From contig NGBS01000872.1 of the NCBI GenBank assembly GCA_002245135.1, forward strand, positions 124,001 through 188,000: a stretch of 64,000 nt of DNA, read 5' to 3'. The stretch's first letter is position 1. Each line of letters begins with the position of its first letter. The notes under the pieces were generated by a model that was not told where the DNA came from, searched no databases, and saw only the letters and a list, made by a program, of their open reading frames with translations. Below, one piece after another: positions 29,678-41,706 of the stretch. This DNA comes from Proteromonas lacertae. Lineage: Eukaryota. A program made the position numbers and the translations under genes.

Positions 29678-30494
29678 TCATCGCTTATAAATACATTGCC
29701 AAAACCAATTCTGTCTTCTCTCTACCTTTCTAGTATTCCTATCTTTAGGATCAATTCGTTGAAATTGATACTCTTTTGACGAGAATGGGTAAATTATTAA
29801 GGATATTTCATTTCAAATTAATTAAATCTCAAAAAAGATATATTTTCTTCCCAATCCCATTCCCACCTAATACTATTATCAAATGCATAAACAGCATCCC
29901 AATCATCCTATAGATATTAGTTACAAAAAACATGGAAATATACTTCAGCTTCAAGTGCATTATAAGATGTCCACACAAATGGAATATTACTATAATATAA
30001 ATCTAATACACTTTCCTTCCAAGTATTATATCCCCATATTCCAGGATGAAATGCAACAGCTAAAGTACAATTATGAGGATTCTATTAATAAACAAATTGC
30101 AATTATATACTTCAATGAAATATTCATGATAGAACGATTTATAACACTTTATTGAGTTTATACCATCAGGAAGGTCTGATTTATCAAACACAATATCGCT
30201 TTGCAAATTTGGTCCAATTATCACCATATTAATTTCTTTACAGCCTGCCAATAATTTACTTAAATTTTGGAATTGTTTGGCAATTGTAGAAGATGTTGCA
30301 CCTTCACTAAACAACATTACAATAAACTGAATACTATGAATCACATCCTATTAAATGTAAATATACAATTTGATCTTTATAATCAATTTGCAGTTTGTTC
30401 ATAGCACCTTTCAATAATTAAGGAATTCTATGATTGCAGCATAATGTATATAAAAAGGATATGACCAAAGTACATTCTCTGGTGGTGAGATCAT
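29678..30494 (-). CDS. MSS51 C-terminal-like domain protein (no MYND finger seen), containing two U12-type introns
   Basis: Spliced YLHLIGCDSYEG, MVIIGP, FYHEY, VAFHPGIWGYNTW, FVWTSYNALEAEDD, EENPFSS, QNWFW follow the MSS51/ZMYND15 C-terminal motif order. Confidence 0.7.
29789..29841 (-). other. U12-type AT-AC intron (53 nt)
   Basis: 5' ATATCTTTTT, branch TATCCTTAAT, 7-nt spacer AATTTAC. Removal restores the frame and the E-N|P-F-S motif. Confidence 0.9.
30410..30462 (-). other. U12-type intron with probable AT-AA termini (53 nt)
   Basis: 5' ATATCCTTT, branch TTCCTTAAT, 7-nt spacer TATTGAA; in frame with ATG 30494. An AT-AG end at 30408 works only with a different ATG. Confidence 0.8.
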
Positions 30495-30596
30495 TAATAT
30501 AACCTTCTATTTTGAGAGAAATTTTATTTTGAATAATTTCACACCCTTTTTCAAGCCTTAACTCAAGTTTTTAATTCTGTGTTTATATTGAAAAAT

Positions 30597-32066
30597 ATGT
30601 CCCTAGCAGTAATTAATGATAAATTTCATTGTTTCAAATCTGCAAATATCGAGTTAATAGTTGAAGAAATAAAGAAATATCCAGGTTTACCAGAAATAGA
30701 CAATTTAAAAACTATATTCTATATACCTTCTAAAAAAATAATTTACAATGAACTTAAAATGTCTGGATGGGGAATAAAGAATAATATTTTTGGTAGAAGA
30801 ATTCCTGTCAAAATAATAAAAGGTGATTACTTTCCTCAAGAAAATTCATCACTCTATCAATATTTCGCAAAGGAAATGTACTGTCATTTGAAAGAGATTG
30901 CTAATGGATATTTACAACAGATTAAGTATTTATCCAAAGTTAGTATGATATTTTTATGTTTAATGTTGTGAATAGAAAATGACCAAAATAACATAATGAA
31001 AGAATTTAAATATCACATGAAATGTATAAGTCGAATAACATTAGAAATTTCTTCAGCAAAATTTCCATACCACCAGGATATAGATTGTATATGTTCTTAT
31101 ATATCAGAAAATGGAATAAATAGTCCAATGAAGATGGTAGATTATTTGTTTAAGTCATATAATAAAATGAAAATTTCAACTCAAATAGAAGAATGGAGTA
31201 ACAACATGAAATCTTTGTTGGAAAGTAAAAAGGTGTTGACATTAACAGAATTATCAAATATTGTTCATTTATTATTCCATTTACCTCCTTATAATGGCTA
31301 TTATATAGTTTTTAATCATCCATTTGCTAGATTATATACACGAATTATTCTTGTCTTTGAGTTTTTCTATTCTTTATTATCTGGTTCTTTACGTCTTAAT
31401 GTAAGTAATAAAATATTGAAGGAATGTTTAGAATATATTTATACAGTTATTCCTTTATTAACAGAAGAATTGATAAAGTTATTTCCTAGATTGAACGTTT
31501 TATCAACAAAACGATTTTTAAGCAATTACATTAGTGATACTTTGTTTACTTATCTTTATCATTTGATACAACCTTTATTTATGAATTATTTTGGTATATT
31601 ATAATTTTTATTATTTATTTTTATAATTAAAATAGAAAAGAGAGATAAAACATTATATCAATATTTACACAATTTAGTTTCAACAAAATATATTTATAAT
31701 GCTGATAAGATTTTCCCATTAATGAATAATAATAAATTCCCAAATAAGTCAGTTATTAACTTATTACAACAAGGTTTAAGTGAACCAATTCCAAATTCCA
31801 AAATCAGTATATTTGGAGAGATCTTTAAAATAGTTCATAATATAATACCTGATGATAATTTAGAATTATTTTCATCACTTTTAATTAATCATCTGTTGTT
31901 ATTAGATGAGTCATATCTTACCAATTTGATCTCTTCTATGGAATATCTGTGTTATACTTCATATTTTCGAAAGGATTTGAGTGATACTCAAATATCAGAT
32001 TTAGAGATTATTATTGCTTTGTATCAAGTTTCAATTGAAACAATAGAAAAACTTATCCCAGTTTAG
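30597..32066 (+). CDS. Hypothetical protein, possibly with a degenerate VPS9-like C-terminus
   Basis: Three ORFs joined by GT-AG introns; only weak resemblance to VPS9 helices. Confidence 0.5.
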
Positions 32067-32179
32067 TTGAATTGATGTTAAATTATATTTATTTGTTTTT
32101 TGTTTATGATTATTTTATTCTTTCCATTCTCATAAACACAAATATATACAAAAAAATTATCTTTATTATTGGAAATTAT

Positions 32180-33276
32180 TTATTTTAATACAGCTTGAGC
32201 ATCTACTTTTTCTGATTCTAATTCATCTTGAGTTTTCTTCATCATTTCTTTGGAGAAGTCATCAACAGCAACACCTTCAGCAAATGTCCATTCACCATCT
32301 TTGCAGGTTACTGGGAAGGAATAAATCAAATCTTGGTTAATTCCGAATTTATTTCCTTCAGAGTATACAGCCATTGAAACAAATTCACCAGCTGGTGTAC
32401 CACTAACCCATGTTCTCATGTGATCAACAGCAGCTTTAGCAGCACTCATAGCACTTGATAATCCTCTTGTATCAATTACAGCTTTACCTCTTTGTTGTAC
32501 AACACCGATAAAATCTCCTTGTAAGTACTTCATTTTATCAGCTAAGATTTCACTGACTTTTTTACCTTCATAAGTAGCATGAGTGACATCTGGATATTGG
32601 GTTGAACTGTGATTACCCCAGATAATGCAGTTCTTTACTTCATTGGGTAATACTGTCTTTCCTAATTTTTCACCAATCATAGCAGCTATCATTGATCTTT
32701 CTCTGTTAAAATCTAATCTAGTCATAGCTGAGAAGTGTTTCTTTGGGATATTTGGACAGTGTTTCATTAAAGTCCAACAGTTGGTGTTGGCTGGATTAGC
32801 GACAACCAAGATTCTGATATTCTTATCAGCATGTTCGTTTATGGCTTTACCAGTTGATTCAAAGATCTTAGTGTTCTTTCCAATTAAATCTTTTCTTTCC
32901 ATACCAGGTCCTCTTGGCATACCACCAATTAAGAAAGCATATTGTACTCCCTTGAAGGCTTTAGCAGGATCAGTTTCAACAATACATTCTATATAACGAA
33001 TTATATATCTCATGCAATAATACTAGCAACTAATGGGTAAGCTCCATCTTGAACTTCCATTTCAACTCCGTGTAATTTTTTTTCACTTGGAGGTATATCG
33101 AATAAGACAAGCTCAACTTTCTATGAATATAATAATAATGCAAAAGCAATACAGTATTTGGTCCAAATACATCACCATTGCACTAAAACATTATAAAGCA
33201 TAGGGTATACAATCATTGGAACAATGGCATAACCAATGTTACCAGCAGCACCAGATACAATGACTTTAACACTCAT
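32180..33276 (-). CDS. MDH1: Malate dehydrogenase, cytosolic (MDH1-type)
   Basis: [57 protein letters not shown]. Confidence 0.95.
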
Positions 33277-33296
33277 TAGAAGATAGAAAAAGATTC

Positions 33297-33311
33297 AGAA
33301 GGTTCGAGAAA
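33297..33311. promoter_or_regulatory. Perfect three-unit heat-shock-element-like site
   Basis: aGAAg gTTCg aGAAa directly upstream of the MDH ATG. Confidence 0.4.
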
Positions 33312-33588
33312 ATGACGATTTGAAGATCAGTTAGTTGAATCAAAAAACTATTTTGAAAAAGAGCAATCATTTGTGATGATTATGTTAGAGTGTATGTCAA
33401 AAAGTGTTGATGTCATGATTAATCCCCTTGTAATCAACAAATAGTTCTCATTATACAATTATTCTTATTATCTTCATATTAACTCTATCAAATACAAAAA
33501 TGCATTGTTTAATGGAATAGGTAGTAAAATTTATAATTGAGAACATGCTTTTGAAAATGTGGAATTTGTAAAAATACCCCTTCTTTTT

Positions 33589-33603
33589 AGAAAGTTCGAG
33601 AAG
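33589..33603. promoter_or_regulatory. Perfect three-unit heat-shock-element-like site
   Basis: aGAAa gTTCg aGAAg upstream of the first cold-shock-domain gene. Confidence 0.4.
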
Positions 33604-33792
33604 AAGTTCGAGCAAACTTTTTTTAGTTTTTTTAATTTAGATTTTTCTTAACGTATATTGAATATTACATTAATCTACTTGTTCTATATTTCTGTGATTA
33701 TGTTTTTTTAAATTATTTTCGCTAATTGATTATTTGTTTCACATCGTTTTTAATAAAATCAATAATTTATAATTTATAGAACAACAGGGATT

Positions 33793-34235
33793 ATGGCAGA
33801 ATTTCAAAACGGGAAGATTAAGTGGTACAGTATTTCAAAAGTATAAAATATCATTGTTTTATAAATCTATAGAGATACGGATTTATTACAAGAGATAATG
33901 GAGAAGGAGATGTATTTTTTCACAGAAGTACAGTTATATTACCTGATCCCCTAAGAATACCAAAGTTAGAACCAGAATATCCAGTACAATTTACAATTAA
34001 GACAACTGATAAAGGTGTTGAAGCTGAACAAGTCAAAGGAGTAAATTGTGATCTTCCCATGTGTGAAGTAACTGATATTCACAGAGTAGGTGGTGGTTAT
34101 AGAGGTCGTGGTGGTTTCAGAGGTAGAGGAGAAAGAGGCAGAGGCAGAGGTCGTGGTGGTTTTAGAGGTAGAGGTGGCAGAGGAAGAGGTGAAAAGAATG
34201 AAGGTGAAACTTCTGAACCTGCTCCAGCCAACTAA
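33793..34235 (+). CDS. Cold-shock domain protein with RGG tail (copy 1)
   Basis: GKIKWYSISK|RYGFITRDNGEGDVFFHRS plus RG-rich C-terminus. Confidence 0.9.
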
Positions 34236-34788
34236 GTTTTTGCTTTTAATTACTAAAATCGTGTATTTGGTAAATAATATGTGAATTTTTTGGCGTTTAT
34301 TATGGTTGGGTTTTTCAAATTACCAAATGAAGAAATAAATAAATGAAATTTTGTTAGCAAATGCAAACATACATTCATTGAGATAGAAAGATGTTATGTT
34401 TTTGGTTAAAACCCCATTTTACAGGGAATTTCTTCATCAGCAAAACTAATTCTAAAAATATGATAGAATCACTTTATCATAATATTCATGACAGTATGAT
34501 GAAGTTATATATGTAAATACGATATTTAAAGTAAAAAGAAATAAAAAAATGACCCTTCGAAATTAATTAGAGAAAGTATACTACGATGAAGGGGGTAAAG
34601 TGAATAACAAGCATAAAAGATTGCATTGCATTTCTTTTTTTAAATTAAGTTAGTAGAATAGTATGAATATATAAAATCTAATATAATTTTATTTTTTTAA
34701 ATTCTTAAATTCTAGTAATGCATTTTGTTATTTACTCTATCTTAACCAATTTTAATTTTACATTTTCTATAGACTAAGAGAAAGTGCC

Positions 34789-35299
34789 ATGGCTGAACAA
34801 ACATTATTAGGTAAAATAAAATGGTACAATGTTCGTAGAGTATAAATAAGGTATTTTGATATTTTTATAGAGATATGGTTTTATTGTAAGAGATGATGGT
34901 CAAGGAGATGTTTTCTTCCATCGTACTGCTGTAAAACTAACTGATTCTATGAGAATTCCCAAATTAGAACCAGATTTTGCTGTACAATTTACTTGTGTAA
35001 AAGCAGATAAAGGTATGGAAGCAAAAGAAGTATTAGGTGTAGGAGGTCAAGATATTCCAGTGTTAGAAGTAAGTGAAATCCAAAGAGGAAGAGGTAGAGG
35101 TAGAGGTAGAGGTGGAAGAGGCAGAGGAAGAGGCCGTGGCAGAGGTTTCTATCGTGGTGGATTTGGATATTATGGTGGTTTTAGAGGTGGAAGAGGTAGA
35201 GGAGGTAGAGGTAGAGGTCGTGGTAGAGGTGGAAGAGGTAGAGGCCGAGGTGGAAGAGGTGGTAGCCAAGCCCCAGTAACAGAAACCCCTCAAAATTAA
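34789..35299 (+). CDS. Cold-shock domain protein with long RGG tail (copy 2)
   Basis: GKIKWYNVRR|RYGFIVRDDGQGDVFFHRT plus (RG)n; same intron position as copy 1. Confidence 0.9.
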
Positions 35300-35441
35300 A
35301 GATTTTTAGAGAGTTAATATTCTTGTTTTGATATTTGGGTTGTTTAGTTGGATAGTTACATAAACGAAATAATAGAATAAGAGTATATATCTTGCAGTTG
35401 TTAATGAAATAAGAAAATATCACCAACGGATAGTTTTCAAA

Positions 35442-37182
35442 ATGTTTTTAATCTTTTTTTTCTTCTTATATCTCTCAATAAATCGTATTAATACATTTTG
35501 ATTTAAATTTTCATAGTCGTCAATGCTCGTTTACAGTATGAAGCAAAGATGTATTGGCGTTATTCTTTTGATAACTCCTACTACCATTTATGGGAACCGC
35601 CTACAGAAATTGTGACTGATTTTACTGAAAGGTATTATAAAGGAACATTTGAATTGTATAATATGGAGACAATCTATACTTTTAACTTCACTTTCTCAAA
35701 AGAAGGAGACTTTATGATAAAAATCAATGATAACATAATATTCAAAGATAAATCTAGTGGAAAGAAAGATTTTCTAATCCAAGGTCGCTTTTCAAGTTTG
35801 AAAGAAGGAATAAACACAATTTGGATAGAACAACATGGAAACTCCTTAAATCGAACTGATTTTGTACCTCATTCAATGAGATTTGACCACCAGCCAGATA
35901 TGTATATAAGAGAATATGATTATTCTCCCTCTGCAATTGGTTTACCTCCTTTATCTGAATCTGATGTATTATTAATGAAAGACAATGAATCAAGTACATC
36001 TTATAGAGTTAATGCCGGAATTCCATTTAATTTCACATTCCTAGATAAGAATCTCTATTCAATATTTACTTACTTAGTAATTGAACCAAATAAATGTGAA
36101 AATTATCCAAAAGAAATAATATTATATGGAGTAGTAGAAGGTGAAATTCATCCTGAACCATTACATCGAACAACGTTAGGATGTAGTGTGCATAATGAAA
36201 ATCGAATATATTTATCATTTGAAAGTTATAATAGAATCTATACATCGTATATGTTATCTGTTTTATCCACTCAAACTTGTTCATCTGCAGTTTGTAATAT
36301 TGAAATAGGTGAATTGCGATTTTATATGCAAAATCGTGAAAGTGAAGAAGAAAGTAAAGTGAATATAGCAGCCGCAATAACAATTCCGTTAGTGGTTGTA
36401 GTGATATTAATCGTGGCAATAGTAGTATGGTTATATTATGAAGCAGAATTTACTACTTGGTTACCTGGATCTAAAGCATATAAAAACAAGAAGAGAGAAG
36501 AAGAAATCGAAAGAATGATGAAAGAACCTGAATCAACAGAATTATTAAGTGATAATAATAATAATAATAATATGTCAATAAATAATAATCGAAATATTCC
36601 ACCTCCAGCTCCACCTATCCATCATCCTCGTCGAGAATTTATAGAGAAAGAATACAATAAGAAGATCGAAGAAGAAGGTTTTAATTTAACTCCTGAAGAA
36701 AGACAAAGACAACAAGAGAAGAAACATAAGAGAATAATCGAATTGAAGAGACAAAATCTTCAAATTTGTAGTGATTTATTACTAGCTACTTCCTCTAAAT
36801 TGTTGAGTATATCTGAATTACTTGAAAAACCAAATGATTCTCAATTGACAATATTGAGTGATTTTGTGAAATTATGTGGAGTTGATTCCTCGAAGTTAAT
36901 GATAGGAAATAGTGGTGGTTATTCTTGGTATAAATTAAAGAAATTATTTGATGAAGAATTGATTGAAAGTTTTGAAAAACTTGATCCATTTAAAGTGACC
37001 AATCCTCCTAGTTTATCCAATTTGATGCATATAAATGTATATATATATATATATGTTTTGTTATTATAATTTAATAGTTGAAAGATATAGTAGATCCTGA
37101 GATTAATATGTATGAGTTGATCTATAACTATTTGCGAGCATTGGCTGAATATAATGCTTCTATAAATGCAAAGATAGTTTAA
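35442..37182 (+). CDS. Type I membrane protein with beta-rich ectodomain (PA14/discoidin-like)
   Basis: Hydrophobic N-terminus MFLIFFFLISL, beta-rich ectodomain, TM IAAAITIPLVVVVILIVAIVVWLYY, cytoplasmic tail. Confidence 0.65.
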
Positions 37183-37361
37183 AATGAAAATAATTATTTA
37201 ATTTGTATTATTTTATATATTCTATTCTCTTTATTCATTTTTTTTATTTGTTGGTGTTTATTTGTTGAATAATGATTAAAAGAAAAGAATAATAAAAGAG
37301 AAGTAGGCTTGATTCTTATTTGACAATCCAAATTTTGATTTTCAATTTAATCAACACCATA

Positions 37362-39490
37362 ATGAAAATATCTAAAGATTTAGGTGATAATGGGTATTTA
37401 TGTATGTGATATATTTGATATAGACTATTATTGAATATGATCGAGTTTGGTTTGAGTGATTTTAGTTTGAGACTAGGAAATGGTGAAAATCTGAATGGAA
37501 TCAAATCAATTTTGTGTTATTCAAATGAAATATTTCGAAAAGTGTTAGAAGATCCTCAAGTAGAAGATCCTGTTCCTTTGTCAGAAAACATAAGTAAAGA
37601 AAGTATGTTGATGTTATTCCAATACTATGGAGGTGGTGTAGTAGAAATCCATGAAGAAAATGTTTGTAGTTTGCTGTTATTGAGTTTATATTACAATGAG
37701 AAAGAATTATTTAATAGATTAAAAGATTATACAATAAATCACATGAATGAAATAATTGTTAAAGATTTACTAAACAATGTAATGAATGTAGAAATGTTGA
37801 ATGAATTATACAGTTTATGTGATCTATATATTCGAGATAATCTATATATGATGATAGAAACTGAAATAATGAATGAAATCTGTTTAGATGGTTTAAAACA
37901 CATATTGAGTTTAGATAATGTATTGATTGTAAATGAGAATATGTTATTGAATAGTTTGTTGAGATATTATAAAATGAGGAAGAATGAGATCGAAAAATGT
38001 GTAGAAAATAAGAATGAATTTAATGAATTACTTGAATATGTGAATTGGAAAAAAGTGAATTATGAAATAGTTTCATTTGACGAATTGAAAGAATTTGAAA
38101 ATCTTCAAGAAATCACAATAAAGTTATCAAAATGTAATGTTAGTCATAAATATTGTTCAATTCCGAAATTATCCAATTCTAAATTCCAATCAATACTTCA
38201 AAAATACTATTTAAATCCAGAATTACTGAATAGATTTGAAAGTATAATTTATTATTGTTATTATTATTATAAATAGAAGAAAATCTATATGAGATGTACA
38301 AAATAGTTACAGATGAAGATATAAAGCTAATATTAGAATGTGATGATATAAAGTTGATAAAAATCCTGTTAATAATTCTAATGAGATTAAAACATGAATA
38401 TGAAATTCCTAAAAATCAAAAATGGAAATCGCTTATTGATATAGCAAGAAGTATAGAGAATGATAATCATAAAAATGAAGAAATGAATATGGAAAGTCTA
38501 TCATATTTCATTGATGGTATAATATTATATAATATTTTTTATTGAAATAGGTAAATGTGTTGATATAATTTGTGAAACATGTGGATATGAGATTCTTTTA
38601 AAACTGTTGAATGTTGAATCATTATCTAGTGACAAATGTGATTTAATAATCAATTATGTAAAAGAAAATGAAATGATAGAAAGTGAAGAAATAATAAATT
38701 AGTGATAAAAGAAATAATGAAAGAAGTAAAGACTAGATTATTAATGCATCCATTAACAATATTTAAATATGAAAGAAATGAATATGAATATGGAATTAAT
38801 CAGAATATTCCAATAAAATGTGAATTTGATGGAGAAGAGTGTGAATTTTCAGTTAAACCATCATTACCAAATGGTTTAATATTGAATGAGAAAACAGGTG
38901 AAATAAGTGGAAAAGTGAATGAAGAAATGAATAAAAGTGAATATGAAATAGAATGTAAACAAATGAATATAAAAAAGACATTCAAAATATCACTAGAAAT
39001 AATAAAAGTGATATTCATTAAAAATTATAAAAGTGGTGGAATGTCAATAAGTGAAAATGGCAGAAAATTAACATGTAATGATGGTAATTATAACCATTGT
39101 TATTTGAATATGAAACTAGAAAAGAATATTTATCATTTAAGATATAAATCTACATTTATTAACAACCATCGTCCAGGATTTGGAGTTTCAGCAATCAATA
39201 ATTACAGTGGATATGAATATTATAAACATCAATCATGTTTAACAATATGGATTCAAAATTCAACCCAATTATTTGGATCAAACCAAGTTACTAATCCTAA
39301 TTATGCAAACCACAATGGAGATGAATATGAGTATGTTGTGAATATGAAAGAAAGAACAATATCAATAAAACAAAATAATGGAGAAGAATATCAAATATTC
39401 AGAAATATTCCTTCACCATTATATCCGTTTGTTGCTATGGATTATGATAATGAACATATCGAATTATTATCAGTGTTAATTGAAGATTAA
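37362..39490 (+). CDS. BTB/BACK - putative Ig (He_PIG-like) - SPRY-like protein, copy 2
   Basis: BTB (SDFSLRL...KSILCYSNEIFRKVL), BACK-like helices, FSVKPSLPNGLILNEKTGEISG (He_PIG-like), SPRY-like end (PLYPFVAM). One frame break at about 38700. Confidence 0.7.
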
Positions 39491-39536
39491 AACAAAATAT
39501 TTCATTTTTATTATTTTTGTTGGATTTCCTTCATAA

Positions 39537-39653
39537 AATCAGAGTGTGTGACATGCGTAACAAGATTTGTGATCGTCACTTGATTTCATATTGAATTCTA
39601 CACCACGTAGATCAACTTTTTCACTCATCATGTGGTTAAGAACCAGAAGGATC
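39537..39653 (-). ncRNA. SNORD13: SNORD13/U13 (snR45-like) box C/D snoRNA, putative 18S helix 45 ac4C guide
   Basis: 5' GAUCCUUCUGGUUC, box C AUGAUGA (39631-39625), CUUGUUACG (39564-39556), terminal box D CUGA (39542-39539). Antisense elements match the conserved 18S 3' sequences GAAGGAUC, GAACC and CGUAACAAG. Confidence 0.8.
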
Positions 39654-39800
39654 AAAAAAAACTAGTCAGTTTGAGATAAAGTATAACAAAAAGAAGTGAT
39701 ATAATTTATGGGATTTTGAGAAAAGAATATTTTTTCTTTTCTATTTTTCTTCATATATTTCAATTCATTTTAATTTTTATTACATTCATATTAGTAATCA

Positions 39801-41603
39801 ATGTCAATTATTGTCAGACTAAGAACAACAGAAAAAATGGAGCGATTCGAGATTTCTCCAGAGAAACCTTTGTCTCAGTTCAAAGATATGATTAAACAGA
39901 ATATTCATAGGCCGATAGACAAATTATCACTAGATACAAATGGAAGAAATGTTTTATCAGATGATAAAAGGAGTCTAAAAAGTTATGGCATATCTAATGG
40001 CACAATTGTTTATATGATTGGACCCCATTTAGATGAAGCTAAAATAGAACAGAAAGCAAGAACATTTGATGAAGAAGAAGAAGATGTATAGATATATTAT
40101 GGCTTATTATTTATAGACACTTTTACTCACTCATAGATTATCTGCAAAATGCAATCATGGTCCAAGAGGCAAATGTGTCAATTGTATTCCTGTTACACCA
40201 GCATCTGAAGACAATCATCGATGTAATCATGGTCCAGGAGGTAAATGTATTTATTGTACCAACAGTAAAGGTGAAGATATCGAATGGTTATGCAATCATC
40301 CGCCAGATCAAATGTGCAGCAATTGTATGCCAATAGCCAAGGATGAGAAAGTAGAGTTAGAGATGTTATGTCTTCATGGTGATAATGCTGTATGTACAAA
40401 CTGCTTACCTCCACCACCAGTGTCAAATGCTCCTCATATATCATATCAACAATATATTAATGATGAATTATCATTATGTCAGCATCCACATGATGGTAAG
40501 AATATTTGTGTACATTGTATTCCACCTGAAGAGATTAATTATAAAATTAAGTATAATTATCACTTATATTATATATTATTTATAGAAAGGGATGTACTCG
40601 TCATCCACCATATCCAAATGGACTATGTAGTGCATGTGAACCACCACCCGCAACATTAAAAAGACAAAAATACAGACATGTCGATTATGTTGAATTTTTA
40701 CATGTTGATGCATTTAATAAATTCTTATTGCCATGGAGTAACACTGGTAGAATATGTCAAAGAATAGGTATAATGATTGGCCGATTTGAGGATGATCCAA
40801 ACTATCAAGATGGTAAGAAAGCTGTAGTACAAGAAATATATGAACCAAATCAAGACTTTAGTAATGGAAAAATAACACTATTAGATGATGGTTTATTAGA
40901 TTTAGCAATGCCTTATTTAGACCAATTAGGATTACAACCTGTTGGATGGATATTTACACACGAAACGAGAGATTATGTGATTGGAAGTGATGAAATGGAA
41001 ATGATTTATAAAATGCAATCTACCTATAAGAATAAGAAAACAGGTTTGTCTGAGTTTGTCACAGTTGCTGTTAGTTATAATGATAAGACCAATCAAGTAG
41101 CTCCAGAGGCATTTATGTTATCTGATCAAGGAATGGCTCTATATAGAGATGAAATAATAGGAGTAAGTTCAGATCCGCATGTTTGTGTAGTAAGAAAACC
41201 AAAAAGTAAATATGATTATGTAACTACAGTGTTAAGAAATGATAAAGAATTAGGAACTCAACCTTGTACAAAATTTGAACCTGAATTTCTATTGGTTGTT
41301 GTAAATTGTGGTGCTCCAAAAGTTATGGATAACCGATGTTATATATATCCTTATGAAGATTTTACACCATTACACCGAGATGTATTTGGCGAACTACCAA
41401 GTGATGATGAGTTTGCATCTTGTTTAAGGAGAAGACAGAAAGAGAGTGAGAAATGGAAATTATTTGGTGATTTTCATATGTTTATGTATGCTTTAGGCAA
41501 TTATGAGGAGACTTTCATGAAGAGTGTTAATAAAATGATTAAAAATAGAAGTAAAGATTATATAGATGATGTTGATACATTTGTATTGTCATTACTTCAA
41601 TAA
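39801..41603 (+). CDS. NPL4: Nuclear protein localization 4 (p97/Cdc48 cofactor)
   Basis: UBL N-terminus, repeated CNHG...C..C zinc motifs, LKRQKYRHVDYVEF, QRIGIMIG, AVVQEIYEP, VGWIFTH. Confidence 0.92.
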
Positions 41604-41706
41604 AAGTGTTTTTTTCTTTTATATTCCATTATTATTATATATTTACATTGTTTTTTGTGATTAATTTGTTGAAAATAATGAAATACATAATTTAAACAAG
41701 TAAAAA

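Noticed and set aside
33360..34620. Isolated RUGAUGA box C-like words in spacers around the cold-shock genes
   Set aside because: No matching terminal CUGA or recognisable rRNA antisense element.
39537..39700. U3 snoRNA interpretation of the box C/D island
   Set aside because: No box A (GAUCAUUUC) or box B, too short, and the antisense elements match the 18S 3' end as in U13.
41343..41352. ATATCCTT in NPL4 (and on the minus strand of GCH1 near 46340)
   Set aside because: Lies in uninterrupted coding sequence with no downstream branch motif.
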